Of a DNA stretch of 64,000 bases, positions 1 to 12,094 are shown piece by piece; the first letter of the stretch is position 1, and each line of letters starts with the position of its first letter. The notes under the pieces are model-generated. The model searched no databases, was not told where the DNA came from, and worked only from the letters and a program-made list of their open reading frames with translations. The position numbers were made by a program, and so were the translations under genes. The stretch is from Eukaryota sp. GEM-RC1 (lineage: Eukaryota). The stretch covers positions 1,984,001-2,048,000 of the forward strand of contig JAUFOQ010000016.1 of NCBI GenBank assembly GCA_040285855.1. The letters run 5' to 3'.

Positions 1-105
1 GGTTTTTCTTCATAAAAAATACTGAGAGCTGGTAGAGCTTTTGAAATCATGACAGGAATTGTTTTAAATATTGTAAAGACATTACAACTTAAAATCAAAT
101 TTCTT
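1..105 (-). mobile_element. 3' fragment of RLE non-LTR retrotransposon (related to 15595-15890)
   Basis: Near-identical to 15598-15710 (ACTGAGAGCT..GAGCTTTTGAAATCAT..AGGAATTGTTTTAAATA). The reverse strand reads like the element C-terminus (VFTIFKTIP.MISKAL). Confidence 0.6.
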
Positions 106-260
106 GTAATTCTTTATTGTGTGATATAATTGTAAGTAAAAGGATTGTTTTTCTAGTACAGATGTGTAATGGCTCGACTCGATTCTTGAGTCCCCTGTCC
201 ATGAGACGAGACTCAAATCCTCCATTCTTTATGTTTTGAATTTTCGTTTTTACTAAAAAC

Positions 261-1289
261 ATGACTGACCGTTTTGTAGAACTTGCTAAGCTCTATAAAC
301 GAGTCAAGTCCGAACGAGATGCTCTTCTCCAGTCGTTTCAGTATTGTCCAGTTGGACCAAGCCCTCCTTCCCTAAACTCTGTTCGTTCAACTCTTTCTTC
401 TCTTTCTTCCTACTATGAACTTCATCAAATGCAGAATTATGACCGTAAAGATCCGTGTTTCCATTCTGATTGTCCTTTCAAATTCAAAGTCAACACTCTA
501 TCAAATGATCTTGCAGCTAACCAAGATCAACTCAACACCCTTAAACAACTTCTTTCTCGTGCTCGTTCACGACTGAAGGAGCTCGATTATTCATCACTAA
601 AATCTAGTATTTTTGATCAACTGCCAAAGCTTTCTTCCTTCAGCGAGTGTTTCCTTGTTCAAAACCTTTTGTTTGTTCCACATACTGTATATAAAACCCT
701 AGTACCACAATCCGAATACTCTCAAGAATTCTTGATTCTACCACTTTCAGAGCTGTCATCTTCTGACCATCAACTTGTTACTTCTTCTTTCAAAGAGCTG
801 ACCCATCCATCCACTCTCAACAAACTTCTACATGAAAAGAATCAACTTTCAGAGATGCTTGATCTGAGCCAGTCTCAACTAAACGACTATAAGCTGAGCC
901 AACAATCTCTCTTGTCCAAGCTGTCAGATAGTCTTGTTCCTTCTACTACTGCTGACGTGGAATCTCAGTATGTACAGACAGAACCTGATATAATGTATGA
1001 TGATCAATCACGGCATTTAATTAATTTAACAAATGAAAACAGTGAGTTAAAGAAACGATTATCTTTTGCTGAGTTACAGTTGTCGATGCAGTCCAAACCT
1101 AAATCCACGTCATCACAGTCGTCGAGCCATTTCTCTTTAGACCCTATTCAATTGAATTATCTACAGTCTGTGTTGATTTCCTTTTGTACAGCTAGTGGAA
1201 ATGTTAAGAAAGATTTAGTTCATGTGATTTCAGATTTGCTTAAGTTTAACAAAGAACAGGAGCAACGACTTTTGAGTTTCTATTCATGA
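261..1289 (+). CDS. Coiled-coil golgin-like protein with C-terminal GRIP domain
   Basis: 342-aa ORF with heptad-rich segments. The C-terminal QLNYLQSVLISF...KKDLVHVISDLLKFNKEQEQRL matches the GRIP pattern. Confidence 0.7.
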   Translation: MTDRFVELAKLYKRVKSERDALLQSFQYCPVGPSPPSLNSVRSTLSSLSSYYELHQMQNYDRKDPCFHSDCPFKFKVNTLSNDLAANQDQLNTLKQLLSRARSRLKELDYSSLKSSIFDQLPKLSSFSECFLVQNLLFVPHTVYKTLVPQSEYSQEFLILPLSELSSSDHQLVTSSFKELTHPSTLNKLLHEKNQLSEMLDLSQSQLNDYKLSQQSLLSKLSDSLVPSTTADVESQYVQTEPDIMYDDQSRHLINLTNENSELKKRLSFAELQLSMQSKPKSTSSQSSSHFSLDPIQLNYLQSVLISFCTASGNVKKDLVHVISDLLKFNKEQEQRLLSFYS

Positions 1290-1622
1290 CAGTTATTGGT
1301 TTGTGGTTTGGTTGGGTTCACAAAGAATTCTTGAGACAAGAATGTTTATTTGTCTTGTCAAGTTATATACAAAGACAATGTTGTAGATTTTAATCCATCA
1401 ACGATTCTAATCAAAATAATTCAGAATAAAATAGTGACTGTTCCATTCATATACTAAATTAAAGGTGCTTAACAAAACTTGATTTACAAATGATATTACA
1501 ACAAAAATACCAACGACATTGTGATCTAATTGCTATTGATCGGTTAAAATCACTAGCTAGATTTGAGAACTTCAAATTATAGATGATTAGTGAGTGGTGG
1601 TCTATGTACAGAGTTGACCAAT

Positions 1623-2232
1623 TCAAGTAAACCCAAGAGGAGAACCAGAGATAGAATATTGGTTTCTCTTTAGCATTGTCCGATTAACCTCAAGGACTGG
1701 AGAGGAGAATTGCTCAGTTTCTTTTTCACTTTCAGTCTCGCTATCACGTTGGTCAAGTAGAGACTGAGAAACAGGGAGCTCGGTAGAACTTACCAGTGGA
1801 ACAGATTCCACTGTGAGCAAGACTTTAGCTATTGATTGAGAGGATGAATTAAGAAGAGTTACTGTACCAGAGAAGGAATGTTGTACTGTCTGAACCAAAG
1901 AAATAGAGTGGGAAGCAATGATGTCATCTTTGTTTTTGGATAGGGGTTGTTTCTTTCGAGGAATTGAAAGACGGAGATGGAGGTAATCACCTGGTGGATA
2001 GACGGAGGCCTGATAATTGAAGGTGAAAAGGCCATTGAGCAATGTAGTTTTGGTTGAGGCTACTTGAGATTTCCATTTGCGGTTATGGGTATTAAAACAA
2101 CAATAGAGTGTGAGACATTGGTCAGAAGAAAGTCCTTCTAATGGTTCGAACTTTGACAGTGTGACTCTACAAGAACGAGGACACACTGGCGGTTGTTTAA
2201 TTTTGAGGAGTCAATAAATTGATAAAAGACAT
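1623..2232 (-). CDS. C2-like domain protein
   Basis: Beta-strand-rich C2-like N-terminus (FTFNY...LHLRL...IIASHSISL...IAKVLLTVE). The ATG at 2232 joins the ORF if one A in a CAAAAT run is removed. Confidence 0.45.
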
Positions 2233-2541
2233 GCGACATCAGTTGTTAAAGGAGTCTAGACTAGATCTACAACTAGCAGTAGAACACTGAACAGAAAATT
2301 TTACAGACTTCAATCAGTTAGTTTAGATCATATGCCGCAATCATCACTCATAAATATGTGATCTATCATATGACATGTTCATTTTCTGTGATAACATAAG
2401 GGACTCCAATGGGCCACTCTGTTAGGAGCAAACACTATAATATTTCTTTCGAGTCATATGGTTTTCAATTACATCCAGTCAACAAAAATAGAATTATATC
2501 ATTTTTATTACGTACAATTTACTAGGTTAGCTACAGGGCGA

Positions 2542-3732
2542 TTAGAAACATTTTCTGTGAACGATTGAGGGACCGGCTTCTTCATATTCTTCACGAGTAA
2601 TCCACATAGATTCAAAGGTGGTCAAAGATGACAAAATGGAACCTCCAATCCATACAGAGTACTTTCTTTCTGGGGGAGCAACAATCTTAATCTTCACAGC
2701 AGGAGGTGCTTGGTTGATCATTTCCTTCTCCATACGTTTGTCGATTCCGTCATACATGGTGGTACCTCCGGACATAACGATATTTTGATACAAATCAGAA
2801 CGGATATCAACATCACACTTCATGATAGACTTGTAGGTTTGCTCATGAATACCGGGAGATTCGAGACCAATCATGGCAGGGTTGAAGAGAGCTTCGGGGG
2901 TTCTGAAACGTTCAGATCCAATAGTGATGACTTGACCATCGGGTAAAGTGTATTGGCGTTCAATAGCTGAAGATTTTTCAGCCTTTTCCAATTCAGCGTC
3001 GAAGTCAAGGGCGACATAACATTCTTTTTCCTTCATGTCTCTGACAATTTCAGCTTCAGCAGATGTTGTGAATGAAAGTCCTCTCTCTGACAAGAGTCTG
3101 ATCATGTGCTTGGTGAGATCGCGACCAGCCATATCAAGTCTGAGGATAGCATGGGGAAGGCAATATCCCTCATAGATGGGAATGGTATGACTGACACCGT
3201 CACCGGAATCACAAACGATACCTGTGGTACGACCGGATGCGTACAATGAAAGCACAGCTTGAACTGAGACATAGGCACCTTTAACATTGAAAGTTTCGAA
3301 CATGATTTGGGCCATCTTTTCTCTGTTAGACTTAGGGTTCAATGGAGCTTCTGTGAGATGTACAAATTTTTCACTGGGTTCGGCTCTTAATTCATTGTAG
3401 AAAGTATGATGCCAGATTTTTTCCATATCCTGAGGTGAGAACACAAATCGAGAACACATACATCCCAAGAGGTGACGATACCATGCTCAATGGGGTACTT
3501 GAGCATAAGGATACCTCTTTTGGTTTGGGCTTCATCACCGACATAGGAATCGCGGGTACCTGATCCGATCATAACACCTTGATGTTTAGGGCGACCGACG
3601 ATCGAAGGGAAAACAACGCGAGGAGCGTCATCACCGGCGAAACCGGCTTTACACATACCGGATCCATTATCAATAACAAGAGGAGCAGCAGATTCTACGA
3701 TGAGTCCAAGAAGATATAGACTAACCGTCCAT
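2542..3732 (-). CDS. ACT: Actin (3 exons; introns 3695-3725 and 3430-3461)
   Basis: Spliced product reads [28 protein letters not shown]...[16 protein letters not shown]...IVHRKCF. Both introns are GT-AG and restore the actin frame exactly. Confidence 0.97.
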
Positions 3733-3772
3733 GTGAGCTAGAGATACAACTGAAATTATTAACTTTCAATTC

Positions 3773-4835
3773 ATGGTTTCATTAACCATTCTCCAGCTGT
3801 CACTTCTCCAAAATTCTTTGACATCTGCTCACCATCGATTCCTTCATTATTCTTCACTCTCGAAAACTCAGATTCCATGCCCGAAATTTGCGTATTTCAA
3901 TTATTATCTTGACCACAATTTTGTAACTGTCTTTGCTGATAGAACTCCCCTACGGTTCCCATGTCGTGTGTCTTTTTCTTCACATGCATCATATGCTGCA
4001 GTAGGATCCATGGCAGGTGTTGTTCATCTTGTTGATACATCTTCTTCAACTCCAGGTCATCATGAGACTCCACCTCTTGTTGGACTTACTTCCCGTTGCA
4101 CTGCCTTAGCCACTTCTCCGTCTGCCTCAAGTCCTGTTGTTTCAGCAGGTGATGGCTCTGGAAACGTTGTGTCTTGGCATTGTGACTCTTCAACTTCTCT
4201 TACTACGCATACTCTGAGTTCAGCCTCTGTTACTTCACTTCATTTCTTGTCACCATCAGCTGTGTCTTTCACCAATTCAGCAGGATCTTTGTATCTCCTA
4301 GATCTCGAGTCTGGTGATTGTCTTCACGACATTACTGTTGCTGAAACAGCCCTACAATCCTCTGATATTCATCCAGACAATTCAATTCTCGCTATTGGAG
4401 ATCATGGCTCAAACATTAGTCTCTGGGACTTGCGTAACTCTAAACGAATTTCTATCTTGCCCAAAACCCACACAGATGTTATCTCCTCCTTATCCTGGGC
4501 TTCTGACGGCGTCACGTTGGCTTGCGGAGGTGGTGACAATCTTATCACTGTGTGGGATGCTCGGCATTTAAAATCCCCCACATCTATTCTGAATCACTCT
4601 AGAGCAGTTTCTAAGGTAAAGTTCCTTCCTTCTAGTCGGCCTTTGTTAGCTTCTGCTTGTTTTGGTGGTGTTTTTGCAGTGCAGGATTTGTTAATGAAAG
4701 AAACTCTCTGGAGCACCTTTGCTCACGATGGTAGAATTCACGACTTTGACTTAAGGGGGTGATGACGTGGCATTTGAAATGGTTACAGTGGGTAGTGAAG
4801 GATTATACAAGATTTGGCAGGATGTTTCTAGTTGA
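3773..4835 (+). CDS. WD40-repeat protein, Prp4 (U4/U6 snRNP)-like
   Basis: WD repeats (ISLWDLRN, GGGDNLITVWDAR). The last repeat (VTVGSEGLYKIW, stop at 4835) is recovered by removing one G from the G-run at ~4755. Repeat order resembles Prp4. True start is uncertain. Confidence 0.7.
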
Positions 4836-5145
4836 AGGGGTTTGACATTGTTAAAACTTCCTTCATTGGTTCAGTTGTTGATGCTACTCATTTGACTATA
4901 CTAACATGTTGTTGTTTAGGTAGCTATGTCTTTTTGAATGGTGTTGAAGTAGGTTGAAGTTTCTCATTTGACAATAGCTTGTAAGTGACTGGATTTCTCG
5001 AGAGGTTATCTAAAGAGTAAACTGATGTTCTAGATTCGTACGGTGTCAGCTCATGTACAGCAGGCGCACTGGACTTTTGACTTTTCCAATTAACTGCAAT
5101 CGCACCTAATAAATGATATCTCGTTCTACGAACCTTTGACATTGA

Positions 5146-5804
5146 ATGTCATCTCCTTTGTCACTTTGTGTCTACATTCTGATCTCTCCACTGCTTAGTG
5201 TTCTGTATGTTATAATTCTTGTTCCTCTTTTCTTAATTGGGTTAGTACTTTCACCAGTTCTGATAGGGTTGCCAATCCTCATGACGGCGTTTTTGGCATT
5301 AAGAGAATGTTGCAAGTTCGATCTTTTAATATGTTCCAAATTAATGTATGGGATTCCAAATTTTGCTTTCCGACCTTCTGTTTCTGCAGATGATGATTTT
5401 CTTTCTCACTTGAAGGCTTTTATAACAAACCCAAAGACTTACTCTGCGCTGTTTTGGTTTCTGGTTGTGAGACCTTTTGCATCACTAACTTTTGCTTTCA
5501 CTGCGTTCTCCACTCTTTCTGTGGTATTGAGCAGTATGTTGGCACCAGTTACTTATATTATTAATCCGGAAGGAGATCTCTGTCTTACACTACTAGAACA
5601 ACAGTACTGTCTTGTTACTGGTGAGTCATTGATTGGATCTGTTTTTCTGGCCTTTTTTGGTTTCGTGTTTTTCCATTTTCTATGATATTAATTTACTTGA
5701 TGACCGCGTCACTAACTCTGATGTGCGTTGCTTTTGTGGGGGAATCAGGTCATGATTTGCTTGACAGTAGTAATGAATTTGATAGTTTTATCGCCTTTGT
5801 TTGA
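5146..5804 (+). CDS. Multi-pass membrane protein with 'putative sensor'-like domain
   Basis: GLVLSPVLIGLPIL...ALRECCKFD...LKAFITNPKTYSALFWFLVVRPF resembles the bacterial putative-sensor domain. The C-terminal TM helix is recovered by adding one T in the T-run at ~5670. Confidence 0.55.
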
Positions 5805-5949
5805 GTTGTTCGTTCTTGTAATGAAAAAAGACAGTTGAAAGATCTGTTAATAAATTCCAATACTATTTAAATTTGAATACCTATAATTCGTTAGTATTTC
5901 TCCAAAATATTTACTAGACAACGGATTAAAAGAAGATACTATTATTCTA

Positions 5950-6042
5950 CAAACACAAGATTTGTTACAAACATCTATTGTGGTAAAATCCATTAATGAT
6001 TGACTCCATTTAAGCCATGGAGTATGGAGATCCCCCTCTTTT
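5950..6042 (-). mobile_element. Diverged internal fragment of RLE retrotransposon family A
   Basis: Reverse strand reads KRGDLHTPWLKWSQSLMDFTTIDVCNKSCV, paralogous to 6500-6592. Confidence 0.75.
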
Positions 6043-6053
6043 TAATAATAACC

Positions 6054-6665
6054 TTTATTCGGCACCCAATAAGGTAACCTTCCTACAAACTATGAAATAG
6101 TAAAAACAAACAAATAATACTAAGATTAAATCCAAACGACTTCATCACCACCCGGTAAAAGAGTACGTTTATCAACATTAACCTTCACACCAAACTTGTA
6201 CAATTTCTCAATTAATCTAGAGAAATGGAAAGGCATATTCCGATATATGGAAAACACTATACGGTTTTTCCATTCAGCCATTCTAAACTTACGCTTCTTT
6301 TCTTTACACAATTCTTCGAAATCCTTGAAAAACTGATCACCAGCAGGACTAATAGATCCAAAAAGAGAAACAGCAAAAGGTTGAAACACAAATTTGGAAT
6401 ATGAGTTTCTATTTAATTCTTCTACTTGAGAGTCATACTTGGAGTGTTTGAGCTTGTCAGCAGCTGTTAACCGATGAAAAGAAGAATCTAATATCCTACT
6501 AACACAAGATTTGTTACATACATCTACTGTAGTAAAATCCATTAATGAGTGACTCGATTTAAGCCACGGAGTATGTAGATCCCCTCTTTTTTGATCAGTA
6601 AATTCATTTTCTGAAAGATGATTCAAAACTGGTTCAACTTTAGAGTGAAAACCATGTGCTTTAAA
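6054..6665 (-). mobile_element. 5'-truncated RLE non-LTR retrotransposon, family A
   Basis: ORF 6126-6626 has RLE motifs (RGD..MDFT..K..KY..FQPFAVSLFG). It is near-identical to 23674-24285, including the 3' UTR ending GGTGCCGAATAAA. Confidence 0.85.
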
Positions 6666-6669
6666 GGGT

Positions 6670-6835
6670 ACGAACTGTGTTTGCTATCTTTAAAGGTACG
6701 GTGACTTCCATATCTAGCGCTTTATTATCTCTTGGCAGACATTATGAGGATAAGGTTGGTTAGAATTTCCAGATAGGCATCTGGACTTTGAGGATATTGA
6801 TTGTTAGATGTATGTACACTGTAGTGATGTTAATA
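6670..6835 (+). mobile_element. Degenerate 3' end of RLE retrotransposon family B
   Basis: Matches 15205-15360 (GTGTTTGCTATCTTTAAAGGTA...GGACTTTGAGGATATTGATT...GATGTATGTACACTGTAGTG). Confidence 0.8.
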
Positions 6836-7373
6836 CACAATATTGATTTAGTAAGTTTCTTGTTGGAAATTCAACTTAGAATCATTACAAACATCGATTG
6901 ACATAACATCAGCAAAAAAATTGTTACTCTTAGGAACATCAAAGAGAAGTTAGACTTCTCGTTTGGCCTGCGTGTAAAAGAAGCAAATGTTGATTCTAAA
7001 CTGTTTTTGTTCACAATACATGTACTTGTAAAACATAATCCACAACCACAGCACTGTCTGTAAATTCGAGGTTTAAGGTTTTGACCTAGAAAATGAGAGT
7101 TTGGAAGACAAACTAGAAACCCTGTTAGAACCCGTACATGAACATACACATCACTGAGTAATAATCACACAGTTCTACATCGTTGAGTACTAGCAGATTA
7201 TTGGGGATCGCCAAAATCCACCATTTCAACACTCGTAAATATCATTTCCACTGCCCAATTTTATTACAATACATTCAAAAAAAATATTTTATAAACAACA
7301 ACCTGAACCATATCGCATTGCGTTGAGTTCGCACAATGAATACTAAAGTAAGTTTTGATGAAAACAGAAACTT

Positions 7374-7977
7374 CAGCTAATGTAGGTAAGAGAGATTTGA
7401 TCGTGTAATCATGAAACTCATAAAACAAATTCATCACCTCATTGACTTTGGAACAACTAGACATACTTGATGATTGCGGGGAATGTCCAACAATCGGAAA
7501 TATTCGGAAGATGTTTGGAAGGTCTGGAGTTAGAAAGTTCAGAACAAAGAAGCGTCAGCTAATGTAGGTAAGAGAGATTTGATCGTGTAATCTTGAAACT
7601 CATATAACAAATTCATCACCTCATTGACTTTGGAACAACTAGACATACTTGATGATTGCGGGGAATGTCCAACAATCGGAAATATTCGGAAGAGGTTTGG
7701 AAGGTCTGGAGTTAGAAAGTTCAGAACAAAGAAGCGTCAGCTAATGTAGGTAAGAGAGATTTGATCGTGTAATCTTGAAACTCATATAACAAATTCATCG
7801 CCTCGTTGACTTGGAACAACTAGACATACATGAGGTAAATGTTCCGCTGTACAAAAAACCCAGTGGTATCGATATCTGGAGTTAGAAAGTTCAGAACAAA
7901 GAAGCTTCAGCTAATGTAGGTAAGAGAGATTGATCTTGTAATCATGAAACTCATATAACAAATTCATCACCTCATTG
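7374..7977. repeat. Tandem repeat, 182-bp unit, about 3.4 copies
   Basis: CAGCTAATGTAGGTAAGAGAGAT starts at 7374, 7556, 7738 and 7908. The third unit has a substituted middle segment. Confidence 0.95.
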
Positions 7978-8077
7978 CTGGTAGAAGCAAAAACATACAC
8001 TAATGATGGGTTGTTGACAAGGAAAGAAAATTTGTTGTAAACTTCTAGTTCTTATTGCACTCAGTAGATGTGTTTGA

Positions 8078-9262
8078 ATGTTCACTTCGCAACTCACGAA
8101 GTGCCAAGAACTTCTTGAGACAGCTAATCACCACTTTGATAATCAACAATACTCAAAGGCTTTAGACATCTATAATTATCTTCTGGCTGTTGACAACGAT
8201 CAAATCCGACTTTGCCAATATTCTGTTCACTTCAACTGTGCTCTCTGCTGTTATAGACTTCTCGATTTTGACGAAGCCCTGCTCCATGTCAACCTTGTTC
8301 TATATCAAAGACCAAAAGATCTTAACTCCTTACTTTTACGGTCTTCCATTCACATTGAAGTCGATAACTTGGAGTCAGCCAAAGTTGATATCCAACAGTG
8401 CTGGGCTCAATCGCAGTCCCCACTAGTTTGCTGCCACCTTGTGTACTATAATCTCCTTGTAAACTCACCTACTACGGCCATTTCCAATCTAATGCGGTTT
8501 TTTCCTTTCCTACGATCCCTTTCTGCCCCTGTTCATTCATTTTCCTCTTTGTTATCTCACTTTGATTTCACATCGATATCCGATTCACCTCAACTTCTTG
8601 TCAATCTTTTAATCCTCACCGCAGTTACTCTCTTTGACACTGATCACTTCCTTCTAACCATCCATGTTCTAGTATTTCTAAATAGTCGTCGATTTCTTTC
8701 TCAGTGCCCTGAAGCCTCCGCATACACCCGAATCAGCAATCTTCTACTTGCACTCAGTTACGTGTCACTCAACGATCACAGTCAGGCCGCTCGTTACTTC
8801 TCTCTTTCCCTTGAATATAACCACGATCCCTCTCTTTTCTCTAAGCTTATTGATGCCAGTGACGCTTCTATTCTGAAACATCGAGGTAAAAGCTACAGAA
8901 GATTAGGGAACTTCGCTAAGAGCTGTCTTGATCTCGAGAATGGCGTTTCAATGGACTTTGGAGCTTCCTCACGCCCTGCCTCCGCTTACACTCTTTCCAA
9001 TAGATCTCAATCAATGTCTCTCACGCGTTCTTTCTCTGCTCGTCCAACTCTTTCCTCTACTACTTGCAGGTCAGTTCCTCTTGATGATTTGTCAGCTAAG
9101 CTTTCTTTTGTACATTCTCTTAATGACAAGGACTTGATCACGCCTGCACAGAGGTTTCAGTTGCTGTCTGCAATAAGGTATAATGATCAAGTGTTTAATT
9201 CTGCTTTTATTGAGCTTCAAGATGATCCGGAATTATTTGTAGAATTCTTCTTTTTAAGTTGA
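8078..9262 (+). CDS. TPR-repeat protein
   Basis: 394-aa ORF with TPR-like helices (YSKALDIYNYLL, HFNCALCCYRLLDFDEAL, HRGKSYRRLGNFAKSCLDLE). Confidence 0.75.
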   Translation: MFTSQLTKCQELLETANHHFDNQQYSKALDIYNYLLAVDNDQIRLCQYSVHFNCALCCYRLLDFDEALLHVNLVLYQRPKDLNSLLLRSSIHIEVDNLESAKVDIQQCWAQSQSPLVCCHLVYYNLLVNSPTTAISNLMRFFPFLRSLSAPVHSFSSLLSHFDFTSISDSPQLLVNLLILTAVTLFDTDHFLLTIHVLVFLNSRRFLSQCPEASAYTRISNLLLALSYVSLNDHSQAARYFSLSLEYNHDPSLFSKLIDASDASILKHRGKSYRRLGNFAKSCLDLENGVSMDFGASSRPASAYTLSNRSQSMSLTRSFSARPTLSSTTCRSVPLDDLSAKLSFVHSLNDKDLITPAQRFQLLSAIRYNDQVFNSAFIELQDDPELFVEFFFLS

Positions 9263-9434
9263 CCTGCTTTTTTGTCAGACCAGTGTATAGACCTAGAGTG
9301 GGATTGAGCCGACTAGGTTTTCCACTTTGAACTTGAACAAATAGATCACTATTTGTGGGTCTAGGTGATTTTCCTTCGCTTTTTAGTCAATATTCATTTG
9401 ATTATCCAACTAGTCACCTGAAATTCTTGTATTT

Positions 9435-10379
9435 TTATTTATTTATTTTTTGTAATAGTTGTACAATAGTCGAGGACCTTCCTAATTTGTCCATTTCTTT
9501 CAATACAATTGACCCAAGACCATGACAAATGAGTTTCTTTGCAGTCACATCACATGGATTTGTACTCCACTCATCAATCAATTCAACATTATGGAAACTT
9601 TGAGCTCGACTCAACGACAAACATCGAATCAGCAGTTCATCTGCATGACGTGATTCTAAAGACTGTAGTCGTTCAAAGAGAATAGCATAAAGCGACAGAA
9701 TTTCGTAATTCTCTCGTGTTTGTTGCACTTTAGCTTTACCTGGAATTGGCCAAGACTCAATAGAAGATAGAACCTGAACCAACAAATCAGGACTCAGCTC
9801 TGAAAATTTCTTTAATGACTTTAATGCAGGAATTGTCAGTTGTTGTCCATATTTTACAAAAAGAACTGAATAGAAATAATCCCGACAAAGTATATCACCT
9901 GCTAGTGGTATTAACTCTTCAAAAGATGCTTTATGAGCATGAGCATGTGCACACGAACGAAAGAACTCATCCCAGTTCTTACAGTAGCGGGGTTTAGCAA
10001 TGGAAGATCGGTCCAAGGTGGACTTGAATTGACCATCTTTGTGTGATCTCCGTTCCAGGAGAAGACTGGAGATGCAAATGAAACAACGAAGGAGATCATT
10101 ATTGAGTTTAAGGAAATCGAGCCAATTAACAAGAGCAACAACTCGAAGAAAGATCCGGAGGCTGTCAGATGAAGACGAAAAAAGTTTTAGGGAATATTCA
10201 ACAGGATTAGCTACTAGTGCCAACAAAGAGTCAAAGGAGTTCATATCCAGCTCGTGTTCTGCAAAATCAATTGAAATACGATTTTGCTTTGTGGGGTAAT
10301 GTGTAAGAACTTCTGATATGTTGTAGACGTTTAATGGGAGTTCCAAAACGGTTCCATTGTTGATGGAGCAGAGTTGCAT
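9435..10379 (-). CDS. Hypothetical protein (314 aa)
   Basis: Long ATG-initiated ORF with no recognised domain. Confidence 0.6.
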   Translation of the reverse strand: MQLCSINNGTVLELPLNVYNISEVLTHYPTKQNRISIDFAEHELDMNSFDSLLALVANPVEYSLKLFSSSSDSLRIFLRVVALVNWLDFLKLNNDLLRCFICISSLLLERRSHKDGQFKSTLDRSSIAKPRYCKNWDEFFRSCAHAHAHKASFEELIPLAGDILCRDYFYSVLFVKYGQQLTIPALKSLKKFSELSPDLLVQVLSSIESWPIPGKAKVQQTRENYEILSLYAILFERLQSLESRHADELLIRCLSLSRAQSFHNVELIDEWSTNPCDVTAKKLICHGLGSIVLKEMDKLGRSSTIVQLLQKINK

Positions 10380-10439
10380 TTCAAAAAGGAATCCGCATTT
10401 TGGTTTTGAGATTGGTGTCTATACAATCTTTCTCAATGA

Positions 10440-10860
10440 TTTTTGACGACTTACATGGTCCTTTAATTCATTCTAGTCAAATTATCCTTGATGATACAAC
10501 CCATAGTAGATCCATGTGCTCAAACTTATGTTAACGGCTTAAATTCAAAAGGTTTCAACCACCTAGAAACAGCCGAAAAACGTAAAATTGATTTGTATTC
10601 CAAAGACGTTGCTAAACTCAACCAAAATTTATATTCAAAATTTATATTTGTTCTTTTTGCTATTTCTATTCTTGGTAGTATTGGTGAAATGGCTTCTCAG
10701 TTTGTAACTGATTTTAGATCTACTAGTATGTGTAAGTCTCAGAATAAAGAGATTTAACTTATCAATTTGGCATAACCGTTTGATTTTGTCCTTGTTACGT
10801 TCGATGCCTAAGTTTTTTAATCAATTAGCACAAAGTTGTAGAAGAACTGTGGTACTGTTG
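10440..10860 (+). mobile_element. Degenerate RLE retrotransposon 3' fragment (family C)
   Basis: VDPC...LETAEKRKIDLY...FAISILGSIG, then WHNRLIL in another frame. Same motif order as the family A and B endonucleases. Confidence 0.7.
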
Positions 10861-12094
10861 ACCAGTAGTTTTCTTTTGTCTAGTGTTTCATAGCTTTTAT
10901 TATAGGATGTATTTTTGCGTCCTTCGTCGGTAAACTTTTTGTTATCTTTTTCTATTCTTGTCACATGTAGCCACTGGTGGTGTCTGAATTGACTGACCAT
11001 TGTCAGTGTTTTAAATTTTATCAATGTCGATCTGATTGTAATAGTAAATAGGAGGCGTTATGTATATAGATCTGTTCTACATAATACATCGTGATGTCAC
11101 TTATGATATGTTCAAATCCTATACTTTTGGTTGTTAATCAACCGCTTGGTTGTAACAATACCTCTTCTGAAATATTATAGTGACAAAAACGTGATTGTTG
11201 GTGTGGTGATCTAATTGAACCTTTCTTGGATTCCACTCAAGTGGTGGTTGATTTTGCTACGTTTGAAAGAGTCTACAAGGACTCCATTTTAAATGATTCT
11301 CAAGATCATCTTGACCATGTAAGGGTCCCAATTATGTTCACAAACTTGATTAATAATTCCAGTTTATGTCATAATTTAACGGAATACAAACTACTAAGCA
11401 AAATTTTTATTCTAAGTATTCATTTGGTCCGGAAGGTTTTATTAAGTTGATTTTGATCTTTTGTACAGCTCTAATGAAGACTTATTAAGCAGAATCAAAT
11501 CATGAAGTGTTTTCATTATTTTTGCGCTTTACAGAAGTTTTGCTCAGTATCTTAGTTCCATTTGTACTTACTTGTACAGGGACAACTCTCGTGTTTGTGT
11601 CCAAAATTTAAAGTCTTTCATTTTCTGAACTGATGTGTTTTAATTTACCATTGAAATTACACTGATCTTTTATGATGTACGCTCAGTCAATCAATAATCT
11701 CGGGTTACACAATAGTAATCACTCCAACCAACAACATCATTCACTTCCACATTATAATATATTAGGTCTTGACATGAGCAGACACATCTGTAAACAAAGT
11801 AGTAATTTACCATGCTCAAATTAAACCAAAAATATCAGATAGTTTACAAACAAGCACATTAGGATTCTGTATCTCTGGTACTTGATACTGTATGACTCAG
11901 TAATTCAAGAACTTAAAACATTCATCAACAACTTATATATCAAGACCAGAATTGATCATCAATGGACTACAAAAACTTCAATGTTCTTGTGGCACTCAAA
12001 TTTACCTAATGATTTTGAATGTAAATGTGGTCAATTAGTTGGATTTTGACGCCCTTTAAACAAAATAAATGTCTTAATATCCCTTCCTTCCTTT

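Noticed and set aside
6871..7464. Short minus-strand ORFs as functional genes
   Set aside because: Fragmented, lacking clear starts and embedded among repeats. Probably a decayed gene-family remnant that I cannot assign.
7374..7977. CRISPR-like array
   Set aside because: The unit is 182 bp, the intervening segments are mostly identical, the context is eukaryotic, and no cas genes are present.
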